DNA of 64,000 nt from positions 325,147 to 389,146 of the forward strand of contig DALYEP010000001.1 of the NCBI GenBank assembly GCA_031972475.1. The letters run 5' to 3'. Positions 47,770 to 58,258 of this stretch are shown here, one piece after another (the first letter of the stretch is position 1; each line of letters opens with the position of its first letter). Made by a program: the position numbers and the translations under genes. Source of the DNA: Candidatus Babeliales bacterium. GTDB lineage: Bacteria; Babelota; Babeliae; Babelales; CAIQNR01. The notes under the pieces are model-generated. The model had not been told where the DNA came from, searched no databases, and saw only the letters and a program-made list of their open reading frames with translations.

Positions 47770-49548
47770 ATGAAAAAATTATTATTATTTTCTTTTTTAC
47801 TACTTTCTCATTACAAGCTTCTATCTTTTAAAATAGAAAAATCATCCGAACAAAAAAATGACAATTCTCTTACTATAACTATTCCTGTTTCATTAGAGCC
47901 GCAAGAACTTATTAACAACGAACATATTATTCTTTCTATTGATGAACCAGAATGTAACTTAAAAAATTGGTCTATTGATAAAAAACCTATTCTTTCTTTT
48001 AATCAAACACTTCAAGAAAATATATATGCATACAATCAATCATTTGTTATTAATGCTTTTATAGAAAAAAATAACACACCTTTTGAAATTAATGGAAATC
48101 TTCACTTAACAATCGCATCTTCTAAAGATCCTGAACCAGAAGAAATATTAATTCCTTTTACATTTTCAGAATCAATACATCAATCATCAGAAGAAATGAA
48201 TTCAGAAATACAAAAATCTACAAACTCTACATACGCAACAGAATCAATATCTAACTCATCTTCTTTTTTTACAAAAATAACAAAATTTTCATACAAAGAA
48301 TCTATTAAAAAAATACTTATAGAAACAAACTCTCTGAGCTTGCAAATCTTGCTTGCCTTTATTCTTGGTCTTTTATTAAGTTTAACTCCTTGTATTTACC
48401 CTATGATTCCTATAACACTAGGAGTCTTACAATCACAAACACATACATCATTAATGCATAATTTTTTTATCGCATTTTCTTACACTATTGGTCTTGCAAC
48501 AACATTTTCTCTCATGGGACTTCTTGCTGCAAGTTCCGGACAAGCATTTGGCTACCTTATGACAAACCCTATTTTTGTAATTTTTATTGTTATCTTTTTA
48601 TGCTATTTTGCATTTTCACTTTTTGGATTTTACAATTTATATATCCCACGTTTTATGCAAAATAAAAGCTCAGTTTCGAATTCGGGATCTGCTTTATCTG
48701 CATTCTTTTTTGGAATGGCAAGTGGATCTGTTGCATCTCCTTGCGTATCTCCAGGACTTGCTCTTATTTTAACAATCGTAGCTGCACTTGGTAATAAGTT
48801 TTTAGGTTTTTTACTTTTATTTGCTTTTGGTTTTGGTATTAGCACACCACTTTTAATTATCGGAACATTTTCTCGATCAATGACTCTTTTACCAAAAGCA
48901 GGCATGTGGATGCTGGAAATTCAAAAAATATTTGGATTTATGCTTCTTGCTATGGCTCTTTATTATTTAAATAATATTTTACCATTTTATATAGTAATGG
49001 CATTAACTACACTTCTGTTTTTTTATATAGGAGTTCATTACTTTTATTTTATAAAAAATGAAGATACTTTTGGATGGAAAATTGTTAAAAACCTCATAGG
49101 ATTTGCAGCAATAATAACTGCTGTTATGACAGGAATTCAAACAGCCCAAGCATGGTATCACCCACAAGAAATTGTATCTTTTGACTCAACATGGTTTACC
49201 GATTATGAACAGGCGCTTACAGAAGCTCGAGAGTCTAAGAAACTTTTATTTATAGACACATGGACTCCTTATTGCTCAATTTGCAAAGGTATCACTAATA
49301 AAATTCTTAAAAGTAACGTTGTCTCAGATGTCTTAAAAAAACACTATGTTATACTTTCTGTTGATGCTTCAGACGCATTTATAGAACCATATGCAACTAT
49401 AAAAAAAGAATTTGGAGTTTCTGGAGTTCCTTATCTAATAATTATAAATCCAACAACAAAAAAAGAGATTGCTCACTGGCAAAGTGAAATGTATGACATG
49501 AGCATAGAAGATGTAGCAAAAACATTTACCAATCTTGCAAATCAATAA
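47770..49548 (+). CDS. dsbD: DsbD-family thiol:disulfide interchange protein
   Basis: LTPCIYPMIP and SPCVSP TM cysteines, LPKAGMWM, thioredoxin WTPYCSIC and GVP. Confidence 0.9.
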   Translation: MKKLLLFSFLLLSHYKLLSFKIEKSSEQKNDNSLTITIPVSLEPQELINNEHIILSIDEPECNLKNWSIDKKPILSFNQTLQENIYAYNQSFVINAFIEKNNTPFEINGNLHLTIASSKDPEPEEILIPFTFSESIHQSSEEMNSEIQKSTNSTYATESISNSSSFFTKITKFSYKESIKKILIETNSLSLQILLAFILGLLLSLTPCIYPMIPITLGVLQSQTHTSLMHNFFIAFSYTIGLATTFSLMGLLAASSGQAFGYLMTNPIFVIFIVIFLCYFAFSLFGFYNLYIPRFMQNKSSVSNSGSALSAFFFGMASGSVASPCVSPGLALILTIVAALGNKFLGFLLLFAFGFGISTPLLIIGTFSRSMTLLPKAGMWMLEIQKIFGFMLLAMALYYLNNILPFYIVMALTTLLFFYIGVHYFYFIKNEDTFGWKIVKNLIGFAAIITAVMTGIQTAQAWYHPQEIVSFDSTWFTDYEQALTEARESKKLLFIDTWTPYCSICKGITNKILKSNVVSDVLKKHYVILSVDASDAFIEPYATIKKEFGVSGVPYLIIINPTTKKEIAHWQSEMYDMSIEDVAKTFTNLANQ

Positions 49549-49568
49549 AATCTAAAGATCAAATATAA

Positions 49569-49599
49569 AAAAAAAGGGCTTTTTAAAGGCCCTTTTTTT
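49569..49599. terminator. bidirectional terminator
   Basis: aaaaaaagggcttt...aaggcccttttttt between convergent genes. Confidence 0.75.
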
Positions 49600-49626
49600 A
49601 TTAAAAATCTTTAAATTGTTAATTTT

Positions 49627-50910
49627 TTATAAAAATAATTTTTTTTGAGTTGCAATATAAATAACAGCAACAAAAAAAAGAATATAACAATAATATATCT
49701 CAGAAATAATACTTAAAGGAGAAACCCCTCCAATAGAACTTGCAAGAAGTACTTGTGCTCCATAAGGAATAAGACCTTGAATTACACAAGAAAAAACATC
49801 TAACCAAGCAGCAGTATAATGACTTGGAATGTCATGACGATTGGCAATATCTTTTGCAATTTTTCCACTAAAAATAATTGCTATTGTATTATTTGCCATA
49901 AAAAGATCACATAACCCAACAAGCGCTCCTATCACATACTGACCCGCTCGTTTGCTTTTAAAAGATCCAATAGAACGCTCAATTAACTGTGCTATCAAAA
50001 TAAGAGCGCTTGATGAAAGACCAGACAGTCCTCCAATTAAAAGAGAAAGTAATGCAATCTCATGCATACTCTTACAACCAACATCAATATCCTTACCAAA
50101 TTCTAATAAAGAATAAGAATGATCAATATAACCCACAACCCATGCAACCAATAAAGCTAAAAACAAAACTACAAAAGGATTAATCCCTAAAAATGCAAGT
50201 ACTATAAGAAATATGTAAGGGAAAATTAATAATGCAGACACTGAATGATGCTCTACAATACCACCATCACGAGAAACAATGAACAAGATGCCAATAGTAA
50301 CCAAAGCTGCAATAACAGCAACAATTGCATTTATCTTAAACTTCTTCTTCATATCAGCGCCTTGAGAAAGCACTGCTGCAATAGTAGTATCAGAAATCAT
50401 AGAAAGACTATCTCCAAACATAGAACCTCCAACTACTGTTGCCATTGCAAGAGTCATAGAAAATGCCCCACTTTGAGCAAGACCTGCAGCAAGAGGTGCA
50501 CACGTTGCAATAGTACCCATAGAAGTACCTATTGCTGTAGAAATAAGCGCGCACGCTATAAAAATACCAATAATTAGAAATTGAGAAGGTATTGTGCTAA
50601 TAGCTAAATGAACCAATGCATTAACACTTCCAATTGAAGCAGTTACTGTTCCAAAAGCACCTGCTAAAAAAAATAAAATACACATAGTAATAATATCAGG
50701 ATGACGCATTCCATCAATAAAAGCCTTCATCCGATCAGCTACATTTCCCTTAAAAAAGAGCCATGCACAAAAAATTGCGGGAAAAATAGAAGCGATAGGT
50801 GAAACTTGATAAAAAGCCTTTTCTACTCCTAAGTATGAAAAATAAATACCTGATCCTACATACGTTGAAACAAAAGTAATAATCGGCAAAAAACTAGTAA
50901 GTATACTCAT
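49627..50910 (-). CDS. NhaC-family transporter (Na+/H+ antiporter or MetT-like amino acid transporter)
   Basis: ISTAIGTSMGTIA, GGSMFGDSLSMISDTTI, ANNTIAI, QGLIPYGAQ. Confidence 0.88.
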   Translation of the reverse strand: MSILTSFLPIITFVSTYVGSGIYFSYLGVEKAFYQVSPIASIFPAIFCAWLFFKGNVADRMKAFIDGMRHPDIITMCILFFLAGAFGTVTASIGSVNALVHLAISTIPSQFLIIGIFIACALISTAIGTSMGTIATCAPLAAGLAQSGAFSMTLAMATVVGGSMFGDSLSMISDTTIAAVLSQGADMKKKFKINAIVAVIAALVTIGILFIVSRDGGIVEHHSVSALLIFPYIFLIVLAFLGINPFVVLFLALLVAWVVGYIDHSYSLLEFGKDIDVGCKSMHEIALLSLLIGGLSGLSSSALILIAQLIERSIGSFKSKRAGQYVIGALVGLCDLFMANNTIAIIFSGKIAKDIANRHDIPSHYTAAWLDVFSCVIQGLIPYGAQVLLASSIGGVSPLSIISEIYYCYILFFVAVIYIATQKKLFL

Positions 50911-51100
50911 ACTATTTCCTTATAAAATTTTATAAATTAAGCAATTCTATAGTACCACAAAAAAGAAACATTTTATTTTAAAAATATTTAAATAAAGCTC
51001 TGTTTTTTTATTTTTTAATTGCATTTTAGAAGTAATTATATAAATTACTATTAATAGAAAAATATTTATATAAAAAAACTTTTAAAACAAAAAGACATTT

Positions 51101-51628
51101 ATGGATAAAAAAATATTATTATTTTTTTTTATCTTTTCACAAAATGAATGCTCTCCTCAAACGCATTTATCTGAAAAAGACAATCGAAATTTTTTAATCT
51201 CGTGGCACACAAAAGATATTGAGTTAATACAGCTAAATGCAGCTCTTTATCTTCATTTAGCAGATGTATGTGATGATGAAAAAATATATTCTATGGGCCA
51301 TCATATTTATTATGCTTTATATAATTTTAAATTAATGAAAAAACATATATCTTCTAAATCATTTTTAACATATTATCTTTATTTTAAATTTCATAAAAAC
51401 CAAATTTTATTTTTATATGATAATATAGATACAGAAATACGTGCAACACATCTTGAAGATGGGAATAATCAAAAAAATTCAATATTAGAATATAAAAATA
51501 TAAAAGAAGAAGAATTTAAAAAATTATCAATACATACAGATTTAACATTAGATTTTTTAAAACAATTTCAATTACCATATTACCAAACAAATTTTAGTTC
51601 TCTTGTACCTTCAATTATTAATACTTAA
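51101..51628 (+). CDS. hypothetical protein with short signal-like N-terminus
   Basis: 175-aa ORF, MDKKILLFFFIFSQ. Confidence 0.6.
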   Translation: MDKKILLFFFIFSQNECSPQTHLSEKDNRNFLISWHTKDIELIQLNAALYLHLADVCDDEKIYSMGHHIYYALYNFKLMKKHISSKSFLTYYLYFKFHKNQILFLYDNIDTEIRATHLEDGNNQKNSILEYKNIKEEEFKKLSIHTDLTLDFLKQFQLPYYQTNFSSLVPSIINT

Positions 51629-51776
51629 TCATAAATGCTTCAAAAAGCTCTTAAAAAGATATGTCAGAAATCCATCCACGCCGATATGATACAGATTATG
51701 GTACAAAAAAAACTAAAGAAATATTAACAAGTGTTTCTAAAGAATGAATTGCAGCTTTTAATGCTCAATTAATACC

Positions 51777-51808
51777 TAATAAAGCCTCTTATTACAGAGG
51801 CTTTATTA
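51777..51808. terminator. intrinsic terminator after der
   Basis: taataaagcctct-tattac-agaggctttatta. Confidence 0.8.
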
Positions 51809-51844
51809 TTATCTAAATCCAAGTACTATTATTAATTCATACAA

Positions 51845-53170
51845 TTAATCAAAAAACATTCTACGTAAATTAAACTTAACAGGAACACTTTTGAGGTTAT
51901 AATCCTTACGCAAAAGATTTTCAAAAAAGTTTTGCTGACTACTTTCAAACCAATCTGGCTCATTAACATTTAAACGGATTAAAAGCGGTTTAATACCAAC
52001 TTGCTTTGCTGAAAACATTTTAAGTCTATGTTTATTATGATAAAGCGGAGTTCTTTCAAGACCATCCTTAAAAATCATTGTTAAATAAGCTGCTGAAAAA
52101 TTATGTGTATAACGTTCCCAAACTTCCTTAACAAGGGGTAAAATTTTTCCAATGTTATAACCAGTTGTACAAGAAACAGTAAGTACCTCTATTTTTCGTA
52201 GTAAATGTTCATACTCTTCAGTATCGTATTTCCACTGCTCTTGAATGTCTTCATTAACTAAATCATGCTTATTGCGAATAATAATAAGCGCTTTACCTTG
52301 TTCAAAAACATATGATGCTAGTTTAAGTTCTTGATGAGCAAGTTGCGCTTCATGTGCATCAATTAACAATAAAACAATATCTGCATCTCTAACTGCACCA
52401 AAAGATGTTCTAACCATCATCTCTTCTATTGTTTCATCAACAGATCTTTGACGACGAATACCTGCGGTATCAACAACTTCTATTGTTTCTTTATAAAAAT
52501 GCATACGATCACGAATAGCTTCTCTGGTTGTTCCAGCAATATCAGAAACCAATGATCTATCTTTTTGAAGAAGGGCATTCATTAAAGATGACTTCCCAAC
52601 ATTTGGTTTACCAAGAAGCACAACTTTATATCCTGGCTCTTCATCTGGAACATCTTCCTGAGGCGGAAGATTTGCTAAAATACCTTCACAAATATCTGCT
52701 ATCCCAGTACCATGCTGTGCAGAAATCAAGATAGTATTTTCATAGCCAAAACCAAGAGCTATAAACTCACTTTCATTTTCTTGAGCAGCGTGACTATCAC
52801 CTTTATTAATAAGCAATAATGTTGGTTTTTTAAGTTTATGTACAAATCTAGCAAGAGTTTGATCCTCTGACGTTACTCCAGCTGCTCCATCAACAACAAA
52901 AAGAACCACATCAGATGACTCCAAAACTTGAACAGCCCGTTCACGAATTGCTTCTGTTAAGAAATCGAGACCCTTTTTAAAATCTATACCACCAGTATCT
53001 ATCAACTCAAAAGACCTGTCTTTCCAGCTAACGGTATCAGAAATAAAATCTCTTGTAACACCCATATAATCAAGCGTCATACTTTTAACTGAAGTAGATA
53101 AACGATTAAAAAGCGTCGATTTCCCTACATTTGTTCTTCCAATAATCACAACTTTATTTAACTTTTTCAT
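51845..53170 (-). CDS. der: ribosome biogenesis GTPase Der (EngA)
   Basis: Two G domains: GRTNVGKS/DTGG/NKGD and GKPNVGKS/DTAG/NKHD; start reassigned to ATG 53170. Confidence 0.96.
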   Translation of the reverse strand: MKKLNKVVIIGRTNVGKSTLFNRLSTSVKSMTLDYMGVTRDFISDTVSWKDRSFELIDTGGIDFKKGLDFLTEAIRERAVQVLESSDVVLFVVDGAAGVTSEDQTLARFVHKLKKPTLLLINKGDSHAAQENESEFIALGFGYENTILISAQHGTGIADICEGILANLPPQEDVPDEEPGYKVVLLGKPNVGKSSLMNALLQKDRSLVSDIAGTTREAIRDRMHFYKETIEVVDTAGIRRQRSVDETIEEMMVRTSFGAVRDADIVLLLIDAHEAQLAHQELKLASYVFEQGKALIIIRNKHDLVNEDIQEQWKYDTEEYEHLLRKIEVLTVSCTTGYNIGKILPLVKEVWERYTHNFSAAYLTMIFKDGLERTPLYHNKHRLKMFSAKQVGIKPLLIRLNVNEPDWFESSQQNFFENLLRKDYNLKSVPVKFNLRRMFFD

Positions 53171-53181
53171 AACAATCCTGC

Positions 53182-54906
53182 TTATATTTTTTCTTCTACT
53201 TCTATAATTGTGCCGCCAAATGTATCTAGTAACATATTTGCAGTTTTCCAAGCTTCTTTATCAGAAACATCAACAACTTTTTCACGGCTTTTTACAAATT
53301 CCTGTTTTGTTTTTACTACAGAAACTTCCGCACTACTCTTTTTTTCATGACTTTCTTTAAGAGTATTTTCTACTTTTTCATCAATATTAATCCCAGATTC
53401 ATTTATTAATTTAAAATCCTCAAACAAAGCTAAACATTCTGTTTTTTCATTAAATATTTTTTGCAAAAGGGGCTGCCATATTAATTTTGTTTCTTGTAAC
53501 CACTCTCCATAAAACTTAGTCGCCAAAGGAAATACCACCGTTACAATATCAGAATTTTTATCATAATTTTTAAAATACCCTTGTTTAAAAATTGATTTCA
53601 AAAGAGGATCGCTCAATGTTTCTATTTTTTCGATAAATAATGACCAATTAGAAGAAACCTCAGAATTTTGCATTTCTATTTTTTTTGGAATTTCTTGTTC
53701 AAAAACAGGCACTTCTGATACAGAAAATTCTATTTTTTTATGAACTAAATCTTTATTTTGAAAATTTTCTTTACTAGGGACATCAAAAAACTCATTGGCT
53801 TGGTAATTCTGACCCATCATAGTAAAAAACATCAAATGTAAAACCCCTTCTTGAGCAGTACTTTTCAATAAAACCATTTCATAGTCATATAAAATTTGCA
53901 AATATCGAACTAACTGATTACTTTCGCATACTTGAACTAATAATAAAATACGTTCCATATGATTATATTGAGCAGAAAGTTTAACATTGTTTTTTAAAGC
54001 CAATAAAGCCCTAATACATTCTTGTACTTTTTGCCAAACTAAAAATGGGGCATATGATTCATTATGAATAGTATTTAAAATCTCCATACAACGCGGATTA
54101 TTTTTTTGAAAAACTGCTTCAATCAAATCAATCAATAAACCTTCTGGCATATGCCCAAGAACTTTTAAAACAGTATCATTGGTAACTCGAGCAGAAGAAA
54201 AGCGAACTTGCTCAAGTAAATTAAGAGCGTCACGAGCAGATCCTTGAGTTTCTTGGACTATCGTTTTAAGCGCAGAAACTTCTACTTCGATATTTTCTGC
54301 GTTACAAACCTGTTGCAAATGATTTACTAATGAATCACTACTTATTGCAGTAAAAAATAACTGAAAGCAACGAGAACGTACTGTTTCTATAATTTTTTCT
54401 TGATCGGTAGTTGCAAGCATAAAAACAACTGAAGAAGGAGGTTCTTCTAATATTTTTAAAAAAGCATTAAAAGCAGCTTTGCTAAGCATATGCGCTTCAT
54501 CTATTAAATAAACACGCTTAGAACCTATAACAGGCAACAATGAAGCCGCATCAATAATTTGCCGAACATTATCTACACCTGTATGAGAAGCTGCATCAAT
54601 TTCTATAAAATCAGGATGATTTCCTGATGCCATAGCTAAACAAGAAACACATGACAAACAAGGAATCATATGATGCTTCGGATCTTTTTTAAAAGATTCA
54701 AGTTGTGAACAATTAAGAGCCGATGCAAAAATACGAGCTGTGGTTGTTTTTCCGCATCCTCTTTGTCCTGAAAAAAGATATACAGGAAAAATTTGTCCTA
54801 CATAAAGACTATTTTGCAACATACGGACGGGCAACTCTTGTCCAACAATTTCATTAAACTGTTTAGAGCGCCATTTTCGAGCTAAATTAAGAACTGCGGT
54901 AACCAT
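53182..54906 (-). CDS. dnaX: DNA polymerase III subunit gamma/tau
   Basis: LARKWRSKQF, GQRGCGKTT, EIDAASHTGVDNVR, IDEAHMLS..AFNAFLKILEEPP, SRC. Confidence 0.97.
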   Translation of the reverse strand: MVTAVLNLARKWRSKQFNEIVGQELPVRMLQNSLYVGQIFPVYLFSGQRGCGKTTTARIFASALNCSQLESFKKDPKHHMIPCLSCVSCLAMASGNHPDFIEIDAASHTGVDNVRQIIDAASLLPVIGSKRVYLIDEAHMLSKAAFNAFLKILEEPPSSVVFMLATTDQEKIIETVRSRCFQLFFTAISSDSLVNHLQQVCNAENIEVEVSALKTIVQETQGSARDALNLLEQVRFSSARVTNDTVLKVLGHMPEGLLIDLIEAVFQKNNPRCMEILNTIHNESYAPFLVWQKVQECIRALLALKNNVKLSAQYNHMERILLLVQVCESNQLVRYLQILYDYEMVLLKSTAQEGVLHLMFFTMMGQNYQANEFFDVPSKENFQNKDLVHKKIEFSVSEVPVFEQEIPKKIEMQNSEVSSNWSLFIEKIETLSDPLLKSIFKQGYFKNYDKNSDIVTVVFPLATKFYGEWLQETKLIWQPLLQKIFNEKTECLALFEDFKLINESGINIDEKVENTLKESHEKKSSAEVSVVKTKQEFVKSREKVVDVSDKEAWKTANMLLDTFGGTIIEVEEKI

Positions 54907-54970
54907 ATACCAGCCTTTTTATATACAAAAAATTAGATTATTTATAACTAGTATACGCGCAGGCACCAAA

Positions 54971-55348
54971 TCAAGCAATTTCAGAACGGTTTTCACTATT
55001 CTGATCACTATTTTCCTTAGAATTTATTTTTTCTAGAGGCTTTTTTTTATTTAAAAAAAATTTATAAACCAAAATTCCGACTAACAAAGATCCTGCAAAA
55101 AGCTTATCTTGCAAAAGAACATTATGCTTTGAAAAAAACATATCTTTTGTATAATTTGTATATTTTACGAGCTTATTTTTAGTATAATCATACATAGAAG
55201 AAGTTTGAACTTTATCTATATAAAGCCTTATTTTATTAAATAACAGTTCTTTTCTATTTACTTCTTTTTGATTATTTTTATTTTCACTTGCAAAAACAAA
55301 AGATTGTATACCTATCAGAAAAAGTCCGATTAAAATATTTTTTTTCAT
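54971..55348 (-). CDS. secreted/membrane hypothetical protein
   Basis: MKKNILIGLFLIGIQSFVFA signal peptide plus a C-terminal TM. Confidence 0.7.
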   Translation of the reverse strand: MKKNILIGLFLIGIQSFVFASENKNNQKEVNRKELLFNKIRLYIDKVQTSSMYDYTKNKLVKYTNYTKDMFFSKHNVLLQDKLFAGSLLVGILVYKFFLNKKKPLEKINSKENSDQNSENRSEIA

Positions 55349-55391
55349 GATTATCTTCAACTTTATATTTAATTTTTTTAAAAAAACAAGC

Positions 55392-56069
55392 TCAAACATA
55401 CATTAATGACAATTTTTTTTCGATCTTATTTAAAGCCTTACCAACACTATCAAGGGCATAAGTAATATCTTTTTTTAAACAATCAAATTTTTGATCTTTA
55501 TATTGAGGAATAGAGTTTAAAGATAAAATAATAGACTCTAAATATCTTTTTATACGCTTACATCCAAACCAAGCTTGCTTTAAATACGCATTTTTATAAT
55601 TATATAATTTTTTAAGCTCATCAGACTCAACAAAGTTTTCGTCTAAATAGATAATTTTAAGCAACTGAGCATCATTATCAGATACTCTCCCTGCTATATT
55701 TTCTGGCTTTACTCTATAACAAACCAATTCATCTGCAACATACCCAAAAAGAGAACCCAATACTATAGAGCTTATATTTAAAGGATTCAAACTTAAGAAA
55801 ACACCAGAAATCTCTTTTTTGTTAGTATTTGAAGTATCATGATTTTCAAAAGAAGTATTATAAAGATTATTAATCCAAAAAATGGTTGCGCAACCTACAG
55901 ATAAGCCAACTAAACTTGCTACAACTTTATTTTTTAAGCCAAGATCAGAACTAGTGCTGCATTGATCGATAACTTTATCAAAAACATTTATTTCTGAAAA
56001 ATATAAAGGAGAACAGAAAATCGAAGTAAGAAATAGTGATGAAATAATAAATATTCTTTTCATATACAA
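55392..56069 (-). CDS. secreted/membrane hypothetical protein
   Basis: MKRIFIISSLFLTSIFC signal plus two hydrophobic segments. Confidence 0.7.
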   Translation of the reverse strand: MYMKRIFIISSLFLTSIFCSPLYFSEINVFDKVIDQCSTSSDLGLKNKVVASLVGLSVGCATIFWINNLYNTSFENHDTSNTNKKEISGVFLSLNPLNISSIVLGSLFGYVADELVCYRVKPENIAGRVSDNDAQLLKIIYLDENFVESDELKKLYNYKNAYLKQAWFGCKRIKRYLESIILSLNSIPQYKDQKFDCLKKDITYALDSVGKALNKIEKKLSLMYV

Positions 56070-56194
56070 TACTCACTTTAAAAAAATAATCATAACTACA
56101 GGATTTCAATTATATACAACTTGTAAGCTTTTGCAATTTAGAAAAACAATAAAATTGCATTTTTGAATAAAATAAGCTCATTGATAAAAACTTA

Positions 56195-57028
56195 TTATGA
56201 CTGCTTCATTTTTTGAGATATTAAAGATGGAAGAACATAACAATAAGCTATTTTAGAAAAATCAAGTAATGGTTTAACTTTAACTTTATATTGAATTCCA
56301 TCAAGCTCAAATGATTCAATAACGCCAACTCCAAAACCATATGGGAACACAAGCCCTTCTCCTGCAGAAAAAAGCATATCTCCATTACATAAATCTTTCA
56401 TATGACTTACATGAACAAACACTCCATAATCCATACTGCAACATCCTTCATAAATACCAGAAGTTGATGTTTTTTCACAAAAACAGGCTACTTTACAACG
56501 TCTATCAACAATTAAAAGAATTTTACTAAAGGAGTAATAAACCTCTATAACTTTGCCAAGTAAGCAATTTTTATAAACAACTGGACTATCAATTTCAATC
56601 CCATCTTTTTCTCCTAAATTTATAAGAAAAAAATACTCATCCTTATCACAGTGTTTTAAAATAACTCTTGCAAGCTTTGCATCATCACTATTTTCATATT
56701 GTTTTTTATACTCAATAAGCTCTTTATTTTGATCAAGAAAAATAGTCTTAGCTTTTAAAGCAAGCAGAGCCCCCTGAATCTCCTGAGAGCGATTACGATA
56801 AAAATCTCTCTCTGCAACAAGATCTTTTTTTGATTCTATATAAGATGACCAGTCTTTAAAAGTACTAACAATCAAATACTCTAAAGATATAAAGGGATAC
56901 ATTACAGTACTACGCGCAACAAAAAAAAGATGGTTATTTATAAAAAAAACAGAAGAAAAAATAATAAATATTGCGCTCAATAAAAAATATTTAAAATTAA
57001 AAAACCCTTTTTTAACAACTTTCATCAC
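56195..57028 (-). CDS. mreC: rod shape-determining protein MreC
   Basis: N-terminal TM, coiled coil, INLGEKDGIE..SPV, LLGKV..V....SKILLI, GLVFPYGFGVG, VKPLLDF. Confidence 0.88.
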   Translation of the reverse strand: MMKVVKKGFFNFKYFLLSAIFIIFSSVFFINNHLFFVARSTVMYPFISLEYLIVSTFKDWSSYIESKKDLVAERDFYRNRSQEIQGALLALKAKTIFLDQNKELIEYKKQYENSDDAKLARVILKHCDKDEYFFLINLGEKDGIEIDSPVVYKNCLLGKVIEVYYSFSKILLIVDRRCKVACFCEKTSTSGIYEGCCSMDYGVFVHVSHMKDLCNGDMLFSAGEGLVFPYGFGVGVIESFELDGIQYKVKVKPLLDFSKIAYCYVLPSLISQKMKQS

Positions 57029-57993
57029 TACTCACTTATAAAAAAATATTTCAATCCATCCGCTAATTCTTCTTGAGTTTGAGCAATTACTAATTTTTGA
57101 CGTAAAGCTGAAGCAGAAGGCTTACCTTTAATATAAAAAGGTAAATGCTTTCTAAATATATGAACACCTTGAGGGCCATAATAATCAACAACTGCAGAAA
57201 GATGATCTAAAGCAGCTTTAAGAATCATACTTTCATTTACTTCAAAAACATTTCCATAAGAAATTTCTTCTAATTCTTTAAGCTTCCATGGCCTAGACCA
57301 CATACCGCGAGCAATTAAATAACCATCAACACCAGTTTTCTGGTAAACACTTTGAGCCGTTGCCCAATTAACAACTCCACCAGAAAAAAAGACAGGTATT
57401 CCAACGGCTTCTTTTACCTGACGAGCTATATCATAATCTGGCTGACCCGAAAACATTTGTGTTTGCAAACGCGGATGTATAGCAAGAGCATCAACCCCAC
57501 AATCTTGGGCAAGTTTAGCTACAGTGACAGCATTTTTTTCTTTAAAACCAGCCCTCATTTTTAAAGTAAATGGAATAGGTAATGTAGCTCTAAAAAATTT
57601 TAAAATCTTTTCAAGTCTAGGTAAATCACCCATCAAAGCAGAACCTGAACCTGACTTAATAACACAACGAGCTGGACAACCAATATTAAGATCTACAATA
57701 TCAACACCTGCTTCCAAAATTTTTTGACATGCCTGTTCTATAAAATCAATAGAATTTGCAGAGACCTGATAAGTAAATGGGCGCTCAAGTTGCTCAAAAT
57801 CAAGAGACTTTTTAGCACCTGCATCATTAGCAACACACCCTACATGGCGCATTTCACCGTACAACAAAGCATCTTTTGAAAATTGCCTGACTACTTTTCT
57901 GAAAGGAGAATCGGTAATACCATCAAGTGGCCCACCAATAAAACGCGGAATTTCTAAATGACCAATTTTAATTTTTTGCTGCCAGTATGACAT
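57028..57993 (-). CDS. dusB: tRNA-dihydrouridine synthase
   Basis: PLDGITDSPFR, DLNIGCP, GSGSALM, KMRAG, AIHPR, RKHLPFY. Confidence 0.92.
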   Translation of the reverse strand: MSYWQQKIKIGHLEIPRFIGGPLDGITDSPFRKVVRQFSKDALLYGEMRHVGCVANDAGAKKSLDFEQLERPFTYQVSANSIDFIEQACQKILEAGVDIVDLNIGCPARCVIKSGSGSALMGDLPRLEKILKFFRATLPIPFTLKMRAGFKEKNAVTVAKLAQDCGVDALAIHPRLQTQMFSGQPDYDIARQVKEAVGIPVFFSGGVVNWATAQSVYQKTGVDGYLIARGMWSRPWKLKELEEISYGNVFEVNESMILKAALDHLSAVVDYYGPQGVHIFRKHLPFYIKGKPSASALRQKLVIAQTQEELADGLKYFFISE

Positions 57994-58051
57994 AAAGTTT
58001 GTATCCCTACATTACAAATACGCTAATAAAAGTATGCAGTATATCATACAG

Positions 58052-58088
58052 AATCAAAAAAGGGAGTCAGGAACTCCCTTTTTTGATT
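58052..58088 (-). terminator. intrinsic terminator after Zn-ribbon gene
   Basis: aatcaaaaaagggagt-cagga-actcccttttttgatt. Confidence 0.85.
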
Positions 58089-58102
58089 GTCAACGTAGCT
58101 AA

Positions 58103-58258
58103 TTATTTACTTGGCAAAATTCTAAAAACAACTGTTTTGCATTTTGCACATTCGCCTTTTAGCGCTGCACGTTGCTTACCACCTTTTGCCTTCATGCTAA
58201 CTTCTTTACCATTAACAATTTGGCATTTTGCTTTGCATTTTACACAGTATCCTTCCAT
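58103..58258 (-). CDS. 51-aa basic zinc-ribbon protein (DUF5679-like) MEGYCVKCKAKCQIVNGKEVSMKAKGGKQRAALKGECAKCKTVVFRILPSK
   Basis: Missed by ORF track; AAAAGGAG RBS; CxxC...CxxC; dedicated terminator. Confidence 0.88.
   Translation of the reverse strand: MEGYCVKCKAKCQIVNGKEVSMKAKGGKQRAALKGECAKCKTVVFRILPSK

Noticed and set aside
58103-58258. Ribosomal protein L33 assignment for the small Cys-rich ORF
   Set aside because: Lacks L33 signatures (Y.T.KN, KKYCP, H.E.K)
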